A stretch of DNA of 64,000 nucleotides. Origin: Acidobacteriota bacterium. Lineage in GTDB: Bacteria > Acidobacteriota > UBA6911. The position numbers and the translations under genes were made by a program. Where the stretch lies: NCBI GenBank assembly GCA_965249005.1, contig CBDFLD010000016.1, forward strand, positions 342,264-406,263, read 5' to 3'. Under the pieces are notes generated by a model. The model saw nothing but the letters and a program-made list of their open reading frames with translations. It made no database searches and was not told where the DNA came from. Below, in pieces: positions 35,836 through 44,648 of this stretch; positions within the stretch are counted from its first letter, which is position 1, and each line of letters starts with the position of its first letter.

Positions 35836-37283
35836 ATGGCCGAGTCAATCCCATTTTCAGTTGAAATTGGATAGCGGCTCCCGTGGTATTCACGCAATTC
35901 GTTCCTCCACGGCTTTTGAAAAGCGGGCTTTTAAGGAACGACGTAACCTCGGTAGGTGGCGATAGCCACGGACCTTCCTGAGTCTCGGCTCGATCTCGAG
36001 CAATGCCGTAGCTACCCAACGATGTAATTGGTTGCTGTTTTTCCAGTAATCCACTTTGTCGGTTCTTTGTCCAAGCTGCGCATTGATGGACTCAAGACAA
36101 TTCGTAGTAGAGAAACTTTCCCGGAGTTCCTCAGCCAGGCCCAACCGGTGAAGGGTGAGAGTCTCTTCGAAACCCTCATCCAAGCTGGCTGCCGCTGACT
36201 GGTTCAGCAGCAATAGTTCTTTTCGGACCCTTAGAAGCGCTTTTTCTGCCTCTTTCAGGTTTGGCTTTTGATAGGCATCCTGCAATCGTTTGCGAAAGGT
36301 TCCCTGTTTGCTCTTGGGTAAGTAGCACAATACATTTTCACGCTTGTGCCATCGGCAGCGCTGCACGACCGCCCGGTTGCCGAATACCGCCTGGACGGCT
36401 TTTCGCAATCCTTTGGACCCATCGATAACGCACATCAGGCCCTTGTCATGGCAAAGCCCTCTTTGTATTAGCCCTCGGAGAAAGGCTATACACACTCGTT
36501 CATTTTCGGTACTGGCCTGCAGGAACCCCAAGATGATCTTCTCACCCTCGAGGGTCACTCCCAATCCAATCAGGATTTGCTCCGATGCAAAGCTTTTGCC
36601 GTCCAGAAAGAGAGCAACAAAATCGTATCCTGCAAGAGATCGTTCCTGCAGCTCCTTCAGTTTTCGAGCTGTCACTTGGATGGTACGGCGCGAGATGCTT
36701 GATGCTGACATGCCAAAAGCCTCCGGAACGGCCTCAGCGCACTCCCGATAATTCCGACAGGATAATCCGTTGATCACCTTCTTCAAAAGGCCCTCGTCCA
36801 TATTCCTGGGTTGCTGCAACTGCCTATAGGTTCTCAACGGCGCTTCACGACCTTGGTTTGTGTCCCGGACTCGAGGAACACGGACTGGAATCTTCTGATC
36901 TGTGAGATACACTGAACCCCTTTGCGATCCCCATCGATGAAGGTTGCAATCACCGCCGGCTCGGCTATAACGCTTCCCGGCGAGCTCGTTGACTTCATCT
37001 TCAAGGCTGTCCTGGACGGCTCTCAATCCGAGCGGTATCAATGCTTGGATCAGCTCGATACGTGCATCAAGTTCATTGACCTGATCGTTGATTTCCGGAA
37101 CCCGAGCCCCGCCTGAGGATCGTTTTTGCTTCGATGTGATGCTGTTTGGTAGAATCTTCTTCATAGTGGCTCCTTGAGAATTGGTTGACTTCGTTTTCGC
37201 TAAAAACAAAAATCTACCACTCTTGGAGCCGCTTTCCTTTCATTGAATTTCAACTAACAATAGCACTCACTCGTTATGGCCAT
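35836..37283 (-). mobile_element. IS256-family insertion sequence, about 1.45 kb
   Basis: The imperfect terminal inverted repeats are left atggcc...gttgaaattggatagcggctcc (35836-35881) and right ggagccgc...aatttcaac...ggccat (37225-37283; its reverse complement begins gttgaaatt). It contains a mutator-type transposase. I could not find a clean target-site duplication. Confidence 0.65.
35890..37209 (-). CDS. IS256-family (mutator-type) transposase
   Basis: YDFVALFLDGKSF...ILIGLGVTLEGEKIILGF...ERVCIAFLRGLIQRGL...LMCVIDGSKGLRKAVQAVFGNRAVVQRCRWHKRENVL matches the Transposase_mut DDE consensus. Confidence 0.9.
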   Translation of the reverse strand: MFLAKTKSTNSQGATMKKILPNSITSKQKRSSGGARVPEINDQVNELDARIELIQALIPLGLRAVQDSLEDEVNELAGKRYSRAGGDCNLHRWGSQRGSVYLTDQKIPVRVPRVRDTNQGREAPLRTYRQLQQPRNMDEGLLKKVINGLSCRNYRECAEAVPEAFGMSASSISRRTIQVTARKLKELQERSLAGYDFVALFLDGKSFASEQILIGLGVTLEGEKIILGFLQASTENERVCIAFLRGLIQRGLCHDKGLMCVIDGSKGLRKAVQAVFGNRAVVQRCRWHKRENVLCYLPKSKQGTFRKRLQDAYQKPNLKEAEKALLRVRKELLLLNQSAAASLDEGFEETLTLHRLGLAEELRESFSTTNCLESINAQLGQRTDKVDYWKNSNQLHRWVATALLEIEPRLRKVRGYRHLPRLRRSLKARFSKAVEERIA

Positions 37284-37299
37284 TCTTATAAGGGTATAG

Positions 37300-37845
37300 G
37301 TGTGTAGTATGATTGCGATGCTTCCCCAAGTTGTCTTGATTCTGGTAGCGCTGCTCGGTCCGCAACAATCTCCAAGGGTCGGAGACGCAACTCCATTGTC
37401 GAAGGAAGCTACGGCGCAGCTTGCGACCGTGGCAGTGACAGCGGAACTCGACTGTCTCGGCTTTATTAGCGACACCTTGATGCCGCTGGACATCTATGTC
37501 GCTGGAACGGAGCAGGAAGGCCTGGTGACCGCCCTCATGGAAGGGTCCCTTGTTTACCTCAATGGCTCCGGCTTGAAATCCAAGAGCAAAGGCGACGTCC
37601 TCCGGGTCGTCCGTGCCGAAGGGAAAATCCGCGCCAAGACGAACGCCCTCATCGGCTACTATTATGAAGAACTGGGGAACATTCGGATCGAATCGATTCT
37701 AGACGAGTCGGCAACGGGAACAATCCTGAAGAGTTGCAATGTCATACTCAAAGGAGATCTGTTGCTCTCGCAGAGCGACCGCCAACCCGTGGAATACGTA
37801 GGGAAGGTATCAAACGGGATGACTCCGTTCCCAGACCAGGTCTGA
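37300..37845 (+). CDS. hypothetical secreted protein (first of two similar beta-rich modules), possibly the 5' part of a frameshifted gene
   Basis: It has a signal peptide (MIAMLPQVVLILVALLG). The module GDVLRVVRAEGKIRAKTNALIGYYYEELGNIRIESILDESATGTILKSCNVILKGDLLLS is repeated in the next ORF in another frame. Confidence 0.35.
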   Translation: MCSMIAMLPQVVLILVALLGPQQSPRVGDATPLSKEATAQLATVAVTAELDCLGFISDTLMPLDIYVAGTEQEGLVTALMEGSLVYLNGSGLKSKSKGDVLRVVRAEGKIRAKTNALIGYYYEELGNIRIESILDESATGTILKSCNVILKGDLLLSQSDRQPVEYVGKVSNGMTPFPDQV

Positions 37846-37856
37846 ACAGCTCTATT

Positions 37857-38207
37857 GTGCTGGCAGAGAACGATCTCCAGGAGCTGGCAGCAGGTCACTT
37901 CTGCCACATTGCAGTCGGAGAAGTGGATGGTGTCGAACGCGGAGATCGGTTTACGGTCTACCGAATGCAGCCCCCTTTTGACCCCAAGGACCTGATCGTT
38001 GCAGGAGGTCACAGCGGGGCCAGTTATGAAAAACTACAACGCGGTAGGTATGAGACCGAACTCATCGCAACCCTGAAGCAGAGATTGATCGAGCCTCGAG
38101 TGCTGGGGGATATAGTGGTTGTCGAGGTGGCACGAACGACATCGACCGCGAAGATCATCCACAGCCGCTTCGAGATCCATCTCGGCGACCTCGTCATCAA
38201 GCGATGA
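37857..38207 (+). CDS. hypothetical protein (second module); its similarity to the upstream ORF continues in the -1 frame
   Basis: GDRFTVYRMQPPFDPKDLIVAGG...VLGDIVVVEVARTTSTAKIIHSRFEIHLGDLVIKR. The upstream part of this frame (from 37734) overlaps the tail of the previous ORF. Confidence 0.3.
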   Translation: MLAENDLQELAAGHFCHIAVGEVDGVERGDRFTVYRMQPPFDPKDLIVAGGHSGASYEKLQRGRYETELIATLKQRLIEPRVLGDIVVVEVARTTSTAKIIHSRFEIHLGDLVIKR

Positions 38208-38213
38208 TCTCCA

Positions 38214-38786
38214 CTAGTTCACATCAGCCTCGGAAAAGACCTGGCACGAGAAATACTCGATAAGGGTCGATTCCTCTTCCCACGCCTGCTCGTGCAGCCC
38301 GGCCTTCTTGCAAGTTTGCCGCAGAAACGTATGAGGGTCCCAATCGTGTTCCGTCGCCACCTGCGGCAAGAGCAAACCCTTGTGGCCTTGAGCTGAAACG
38401 ACCAGTCCATGCAGACCCAGTCTTATGTCCTCCATTCGCCTGAGGGGTCTCAGCGTCGATAGCACCGAAATCTCAATGGTCAGGTCCGCAACCTCTTCGT
38501 GCCGAACCGGAGCGAATCTCGAATCCTTAGTGGCCGAGTTGATCACACATTGCTGAACCGTCAGGTATAGTGGATCACTTCGAGCCAGCTGTCCGATACA
38601 GCCGCGCAGCGCGCCCCCTAGACGGAGAGTCACAAAGGCACCGCAGTCCACTTGCAAATGTGAGGAATTTGGCTCATAAGAGCCGATGGAGCCGCAGGAG
38701 AGATACCGTTCGAGCGTTCCTCTGGCTATCTTCAGAAGTTCCGACTTTGCTGCGGAGTCCAGAACGGGAAAGGGCGTGTCCGGCAT
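38214..38786 (-). CDS. AMMECR1-domain protein (AmmeMemoRadiSam system protein A-like)
   Basis: CGAFVTLRLGGALRGCIGQL is the AMMECR1 signature (GvFVTl...LRGCIG). The start MPDTPFPVL is at 38786. Confidence 0.8.
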   Translation of the reverse strand: MPDTPFPVLDSAAKSELLKIARGTLERYLSCGSIGSYEPNSSHLQVDCGAFVTLRLGGALRGCIGQLARSDPLYLTVQQCVINSATKDSRFAPVRHEEVADLTIEISVLSTLRPLRRMEDIRLGLHGLVVSAQGHKGLLLPQVATEHDWDPHTFLRQTCKKAGLHEQAWEEESTLIEYFSCQVFSEADVN

Positions 38787-38829
38787 ATTCCCTGCATAAG
38801 GCGATCTTTCGCCAACCTCATCGTCATCA

Positions 38830-39516
38830 TCACCCGGGATCCTGAACCGAACCGACGGCAGGTGATCCGGATCCGCGTCTCCCTTGAAGCTTGCGTAGTC
38901 TCCGAAGTTCGCGTAGCTCCTCAATGATCATGCGACGGCGTTCGGCAACCGGAACCCGATTTCGATCTTGGTTCTTGACCCGACTGCTGATCTTCGACCA
39001 GAAATTCATGAAGTACTGGGCCATGGACAGCAGTGCGAAAAAAACGACCAGCCAAAGGAGCGCGTTCGCAGTCTCCAGCACCCATCCGCCGCGGCTCCGG
39101 CCCAGAATGAGACCGACGACGGCGGCCACTTGCAGAACCATTTTCCCCTTCCCCAGAGGAGAGGCGTCTATGGTAAACCCCTCCGAGGCTGCGATATTTC
39201 TGAGGGCACTGACCGCAAACTCTCTGCCCACGATGATGACAACCATCCACGCGGGCGCCAGGCCCAACTGAACCAGCGATATCAGGGCAGATGATATAAG
39301 TAATTTATCAGCAATTGGATCGAGCATCCTACCCAGCGTCGTTACCTGTCGTCTCCGGCGGGCCACATAGCCATCCAGAAGATCTGTCAATGCGGCGCAG
39401 AGAAACAAACTGACGCCCCACAGTTCCCAGTTGCTGATCTGCTTGGTGAGCAAGACCACAACCACGATGGGAACCAAGAAAATGCGTGCAATTGTGATAG
39501 AGTTCGGGAGATTCAT
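38830..39516 (-). CDS. pgsA: CDP-diacylglycerol--glycerol-3-phosphate 3-phosphatidyltransferase (CDP-alcohol phosphatidyltransferase family)
   Basis: MNLPNSITIARIFLVPIVVVVLL...DLLDGYVARRRRQVTTLGRMLDPIADKLL carries the D-G-x2-A-R...G-x3-D-x3-D motif. The basic C-terminal tail is long. Confidence 0.8.
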   Translation of the reverse strand: MNLPNSITIARIFLVPIVVVVLLTKQISNWELWGVSLFLCAALTDLLDGYVARRRRQVTTLGRMLDPIADKLLISSALISLVQLGLAPAWMVVIIVGREFAVSALRNIAASEGFTIDASPLGKGKMVLQVAAVVGLILGRSRGGWVLETANALLWLVVFFALLSMAQYFMNFWSKISSRVKNQDRNRVPVAERRRMIIEELRELRRLRKLQGRRGSGSPAVGSVQDPG

Positions 39517-39585
39517 GAGATGATCTTCACAATAAGAATACCATAAAGGGAACCTCACTCCCACACCAAACGACGCCTACAACCC

Positions 39586-40440
39586 TTAGTATTGGAGCAC
39601 AACGGATGAATCGCAATGGGATAAGACCTTCTCGGTCGTACTGCCGAAAATCATCTCCCGGATAGGACTATGCCCATACGCTCCCATCAGGAGAACATCC
39701 AAACCGCTATCTCCCATCAGATCACAGATGGTATCGGCCGCCTGACTTCCCTTCACGACTCGCTTCAGTGGCTCGATTCCGTGATTGAGGAGATACGCTT
39801 CGGCTGGCTCCAGAACCTTCAACCCTGACTCCTCCGACGCCGCTATGTTGACCAAGTGGCATTCGATCTGAGATCGAGATGCCAGGGTCACGGCTGTGGA
39901 TAGCACCCTTGAAGCATGCACGCTCCCATCGTAGGCGATCAGCACGCCCTTGACGCCCTTAAACGTGGTGCTCGGAACCCAGATTGGACGAACGGAGCTT
40001 CGAATAACCGGGGGCAGCAGACTGTCCAGATTATGGAGCGACGCGGTTCGTGCGTGCCCGGCCCGCGCCATGACAACCAAATCGTGGGCGATCGACGCCC
40101 GGGAGATAATCTCACCCGGAACCCCAATCTGCATGTCGGTACTGCAGGGGACTGTCCGCTCTCGGCATCTCTCTGCAAACGACCCCATCTGTCCTTTGAC
40201 CTGAGCGGTCACCTCGCTGAGCAACGCCTGGCTTTCTTCGATGGGAGGAGCCACCACCGAAGGCATGAATCCATCCGGGGTTCCCAAAACCGGCATCTCG
40301 TAGGACTTGATGTCAACGATTGCCAGTGCGTGAATCCGGCAGTTGTAGCTGTTCGCCAACCAAAGGGCGCAGTCGACCGCAGACTCCGGCACAACGTTGT
40401 CCGACAGCGGCAAGAGGATCGATTGAATCATCGTCGCCAC
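39586..40440 (-). CDS. tandem universal stress protein (UspA-family, two USP domains)
   Basis: There are two USP folds. The second ends VLLMGAYGHSPIREMIFGSTTEKVLSHCDSSVVL, which is the G-x2-G-x9-G(S/T) ATP motif. Confidence 0.8.
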   Translation of the reverse strand: MATMIQSILLPLSDNVVPESAVDCALWLANSYNCRIHALAIVDIKSYEMPVLGTPDGFMPSVVAPPIEESQALLSEVTAQVKGQMGSFAERCRERTVPCSTDMQIGVPGEIISRASIAHDLVVMARAGHARTASLHNLDSLLPPVIRSSVRPIWVPSTTFKGVKGVLIAYDGSVHASRVLSTAVTLASRSQIECHLVNIAASEESGLKVLEPAEAYLLNHGIEPLKRVVKGSQAADTICDLMGDSGLDVLLMGAYGHSPIREMIFGSTTEKVLSHCDSSVVLQY

Positions 40441-40458
40441 CCATGCTCACAAGGAGGT

Positions 40459-41646
40459 TTAGGCAACACCGAGGTCGGATTTTATTCTAAAAACGCTCAT
40501 GATGTCACTACGAGAAACGAGCCCAACTAGCCTGCCATCCTCGATAACAGGCATCCGACCCGTATCGGACGCCGTCAGTCGGTTCAGTGCCTCCGCCGCA
40601 TCATCGCTCGGTTTGAGAATCGGCACCTTATCAATCGGTGTCATGATGTCCCGAACTTGCTTGAACGTCCACAGCTCCTTGGGAATCGACTTGACTTGAA
40701 ACAAGGAAACCATCCCCAACAGCTCGTTTTGGTAAAGCACGGGGAAGGTTTTGAACTTTCGTTTGTAGATATAGTCACGAACTAGTTCCTCGACCGAGGT
40801 GAGCCAGTCGACGGTCACAACGTCCGCCGTCATTACCTGGCACACCTTGACCCCGGAGAGCGTCTGCTTCATGACCGTGTCCTGGTAGCTCGCAACGGCG
40901 GACTGTTTCATGACGAACCCAATGAAAGCAAACCAGATACCCGACACGAGGTTCTGGGTGAAAAAGAACTGAAGAGCTCCAACAACCACCAGGAAGATCG
41001 CCACAACATTGCCGAGTTGACTCACCACCTTCGTGGCTCGCTCCAGATCATTCCAATGATCCCACAGAAAAGCTCTCAGGATCCTCCCCCCATCCAGCGG
41101 GAAACCGGGAACAAGATTAAAAAGCGCAAGCATGAGATTCGCCACCGAAACGCTCCCCGCCAACACATACAAGGAGGTCGGTCCCCCAAAAATGTAGACC
41201 GCGCCTGAGGCAGCTGCGCATCCCACGGCCAAGACCATACTGGTAGCCGGACCCGCCAGTGCGATCAGAAACTCGTGCCGCGCCGCGCTTGGTTCAGACT
41301 CGATTTGAGCCACGCCGCCGAAAATGAACAGCCGAATACTGACAACCCGAACACCGTACGCCAACGCAACGAATGAATGGCCAAGCTCATGCAGCAGCAC
41401 CGACACAAAAATGAGAACGGCGGAGGCAAATCCCAAAAGCCAGGAGTCAGCCGCGGAGAATTCGTCATGCTCCTGAGGAAAATAGTTCTGTGCCATCATG
41501 ATGGCAACCAAAAAAAAGACGACGAACCAAGAAATGTCGATGACAATCTGGATGCCGCCGATTCGAAAAACATTTATGCCGCTGGACCGCATGTAAACAT
41601 GATACCGAATGGCCGGAGGCCAAACCAGACGAATCCGCAGCGCCAC
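40459..41646 (-). CDS. site-2 protease (M50 metallopeptidase) with C-terminal CBS pair
   Basis: HExxH is LLHELGHSF, set in a multi-transmembrane core, with the second zinc ligand region NLVPGFPLDGGRIL. Two CBS domains sit at the C-terminus. Confidence 0.85.
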   Translation of the reverse strand: MALRIRLVWPPAIRYHVYMRSSGINVFRIGGIQIVIDISWFVVFFLVAIMMAQNYFPQEHDEFSAADSWLLGFASAVLIFVSVLLHELGHSFVALAYGVRVVSIRLFIFGGVAQIESEPSAARHEFLIALAGPATSMVLAVGCAAASGAVYIFGGPTSLYVLAGSVSVANLMLALFNLVPGFPLDGGRILRAFLWDHWNDLERATKVVSQLGNVVAIFLVVVGALQFFFTQNLVSGIWFAFIGFVMKQSAVASYQDTVMKQTLSGVKVCQVMTADVVTVDWLTSVEELVRDYIYKRKFKTFPVLYQNELLGMVSLFQVKSIPKELWTFKQVRDIMTPIDKVPILKPSDDAAEALNRLTASDTGRMPVIEDGRLVGLVSRSDIMSVFRIKSDLGVA

Positions 41647-41697
41647 GGGGTGAGTTTTTGTACTGCTGCGAAAATGAAAATTGGGCTATGCTAGAGC

Positions 41698-42771
41698 TTG
41701 GAGTTGGCGAATCATGGAGACGGGGAGACTGTGATCAAAGCATTCATACTGGCTGGAGGGAAAGGGGCGCGTCTTCGACCTTTGACACTGCACACTCCAA
41801 AGCCCATCGTGCCGTTGGCCAATATCCCATTTCTCTATTTTCAGATCGATCATGTCAAGCGCGCCCAGATTACCGAGATCATCCTGAGCCTCTCGTATCA
41901 GCCGCGCAAGATCGAAGACATATTCGGGGATGGGTTCAAGTACGGTGTGACCATGAGGTACACACATGAAGACTTGCCGCGCGGCACAGCCGGAGCCCTG
42001 AAGGGCGCAGCCAACTTGATCGAGGACACCACCGTGGTTCTCAATGGGGATGTCCTGACCGATACCGATCTCATGAAGGTGGTTCAATTTCACAAGCAAT
42101 GCGGCGCGGAGGCGACCATCGTCATGGCCCGAGTAATGAGCTCAGCGGGCTACGGTCTCGTCGAAACCGATTCCAACCATCGGGTCATCCGTTTCACGGA
42201 AAAGCCCTCCGAAGACGAAATAACTGGAAATACGATCAACGCCGGTATCTATGTCCTGGAGCGTTCGGTGCTCGACCGGATCTCCGGCGACGGGCCCCAA
42301 AGCTTCGAAAGAGACATTTTCCCAAAACTACTGCAGGACGGAGCCAAGTTCTACGCCTACCTGGCTCGGGGCTATTGGCAAGATATTGGCAGCCCCCAAA
42401 AATACCTGGAGGCGCACTACGGGATTATCTCCGGAAGGATGAAGCTCCCAAGCTATCCTCTGAAATTCAGTCAGCCCAACGCCTGGGATAAGAATCAGGT
42501 CGAAATTGACAATTTCTCGATTCTAGACGGTCGATGCGTCATCAAGCCGGGCGTGATCATCGAGAATTCGGTGCTGGGAGAGGATTGCCGGGTCGAGGAA
42601 GGCGCCATGATCAAGGATTCCGTCGTTTGGACCGGAACGCGCATCCGAGCCAACGCCCGCATCGAAAGAGCCATTGTTGGCCGGCAGTGTCATATCGGCG
42701 AGGGTGCGGTGCTACGGCCCGGGACTGTGGTTGGAGACAAGACGGAGATCACCGATTTCGGCGTGGTCTAG
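41698..42771 (+). CDS. sugar-1-phosphate nucleotidyltransferase (mannose-1-phosphate guanylyltransferase-like; NTP_transferase plus left-handed beta-helix)
   Basis: IKAFILAGGKGARLRPLTLHTPKPIVPLAN is the G-x-G-x-R-L pyrophosphorylase motif, followed by C-terminal hexapeptide repeats. Confidence 0.8.
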   Translation: MELANHGDGETVIKAFILAGGKGARLRPLTLHTPKPIVPLANIPFLYFQIDHVKRAQITEIILSLSYQPRKIEDIFGDGFKYGVTMRYTHEDLPRGTAGALKGAANLIEDTTVVLNGDVLTDTDLMKVVQFHKQCGAEATIVMARVMSSAGYGLVETDSNHRVIRFTEKPSEDEITGNTINAGIYVLERSVLDRISGDGPQSFERDIFPKLLQDGAKFYAYLARGYWQDIGSPQKYLEAHYGIISGRMKLPSYPLKFSQPNAWDKNQVEIDNFSILDGRCVIKPGVIIENSVLGEDCRVEEGAMIKDSVVWTGTRIRANARIERAIVGRQCHIGEGAVLRPGTVVGDKTEITDFGVV

Positions 42772-44596
42772 CCCCGGGGCTGGAGACCTTGAAGTACTCT
42801 GCTATCCTCCCGGCTGCCTTTGGCCCTACGTAAGGAACCAATTCCTCGTAGTGTGCCTTCTTTATGCGCGCGAGGCTCCCGAACGCCTTCAGCAAGACCT
42901 TCTTACGGACCTCTCCGATGCCGGGTATGCCGTCGAGCTCGGAGGATTGGCTTCGGATCTCACGACGCTTCTGGTGATAGGTGATTGCAAACCGGTGAGC
43001 TTCGTCTCTCATGTTCTGAACCAAATGCAGGACAGGAGAATCAAGCGGTAGCACCACCGGGGAGTCTTCCCGGCCGCGTACATAGAGAATCTCCTGCTTC
43101 TTCGCAATCGCGGCCATCGGTTGGCTCTCCAACCCCAAATCCTCCAGCGCCGCAACCGCCGCGGAGAGTTGTCCCTTCCCTCCGTCAATCAGGATCAAAT
43201 CGGGAAGCTTCCCGTCGTCTTCCTCCAAGACATTTTCATAGTGACGGTGTACAACCTCGCGCATCGAGGCGAAATCGTCCGGTCCCTTCACGCTTTCCAC
43301 CATGAACTTTCGGTAGTCCTGCTTTTTCATCTCGCCGTTTTCACACACGACCATGCTGGCAACCGTATCGGTTCCTTGGACGTGCGAGATATCAAAGGTC
43401 TCGATACGGCGAGGCAACATCTCGATTCCAAGGGCCTCCTGAAGGGGTCGGAGCAACTCTTCGCCCCGCGGCTTCAACAGCCGGAAACGCGTTTCGAAGG
43501 ACATTTGTGCATTGCGCGTCACCAAATCGAGGAGCCCGGCCTTGAGCCCGCGCTTGGGCGAGCCGATACAAACCCGGGATCCCTTGGAGTCCGAAAGCCA
43601 TTTCTCCAGGATGTCGGCTTCCTCGATATCTTCGGGGATGAACACGCGTTTCGGTATGAACGTGTTGGAAAGATAGTACTGTTTCAATGCAGAGGAAAGG
43701 AATTCCGGCGGATCGAATGACAACAGATCCTCCCAATAAAACTCCCTTCTGCCCACTACCCTGCCGGCCCTCATGGCAAAGACCGCTAAAGCCAGCTGAC
43801 GCCCTTCCTGATGGTAGCCGAAAAGGTCGGCATCGTCTTGACCTTCCAGGATCATTTTTTGGCGCTCGGAGATTTCTCGAACCATCTTGATCCGGTCACG
43901 GTACAGGGCCGCGGCTTCGTAGTGCAGTGCCTCCGCAGCCTCGTTCATGCGTTGCCGGAGTTTCTCCAGAAGTTCATCGGTTTTCCCTGATAACAGCAGC
44001 TTTACGTCTTCCACCGCCCGATCGTATTGTTCCTTGTCGCACAGTCCCTCTACGCAAGGGCCGAGACATCTTTTCATCTGATAGTCCAGGCATGGTCTAG
44101 GGAGACTTCCATCGATATCAATGTTGCAGGTCCTCAACTTGAAGTACTTGTTGACGAGTTTGATGGTTTGGCGGGCATAGCTTGCCGGTAGAAACGGCCC
44201 GAAATAAAGAGCCCCGTCGTTTTTGACACGGCGCGTGATGAAGATGCGAGGAAATGCTTCCTCGACCGTCAACTTGAGGTAAGGGAAGCTCTTGTCGTCC
44301 TTGAGGTTGACGTTGTAGCGCGGTTGATTTCTCTTTACGAGCGTAGATTCGAGAATAAGAGCTTCCACCTCGTTGTCGGTGACAATGTAGTCGAGGTCGA
44401 CCGTCTCGGAGACCAACCGGTCCGTTTTGGGATCGAAGGCACGAGACTCTTGGAAATAGGAGCGCACTCTACCCCGGAGAGACAACGCCTTGCCCACGTA
44501 GATAATCTTGTTACGGCCGTTCTTGTAGAGATAGACTCCCGGCCCCGGCGGAAGATTGTCGATCTTTGTTCGGAGCTCTGCCGAGATGGGCGGCAT
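42749..44596 (-). CDS. uvrC: excinuclease ABC subunit C
   Basis: The GIY-YIG motif is PGVYLYKNGRNKIIYVGKALSLRGRV. The Cys-rich region is CLDYQMKRCLGPC. The C-terminal RNaseH-like/HhH region is ...GIPGIGEVRKKVLLKAFGSLARI. Confidence 0.9.
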   Translation of the reverse strand: MPPISAELRTKIDNLPPGPGVYLYKNGRNKIIYVGKALSLRGRVRSYFQESRAFDPKTDRLVSETVDLDYIVTDNEVEALILESTLVKRNQPRYNVNLKDDKSFPYLKLTVEEAFPRIFITRRVKNDGALYFGPFLPASYARQTIKLVNKYFKLRTCNIDIDGSLPRPCLDYQMKRCLGPCVEGLCDKEQYDRAVEDVKLLLSGKTDELLEKLRQRMNEAAEALHYEAAALYRDRIKMVREISERQKMILEGQDDADLFGYHQEGRQLALAVFAMRAGRVVGRREFYWEDLLSFDPPEFLSSALKQYYLSNTFIPKRVFIPEDIEEADILEKWLSDSKGSRVCIGSPKRGLKAGLLDLVTRNAQMSFETRFRLLKPRGEELLRPLQEALGIEMLPRRIETFDISHVQGTDTVASMVVCENGEMKKQDYRKFMVESVKGPDDFASMREVVHRHYENVLEEDDGKLPDLILIDGGKGQLSAAVAALEDLGLESQPMAAIAKKQEILYVRGREDSPVVLPLDSPVLHLVQNMRDEAHRFAITYHQKRREIRSQSSELDGIPGIGEVRKKVLLKAFGSLARIKKAHYEELVPYVGPKAAGRIAEYFKVSSPGARPRRNR

Positions 44597-44648
44597 TATT
44601 TCATTCCGTGTTTTCGACAGGCTCGGTCCGTCCTGTCGTCCTCTGGTT

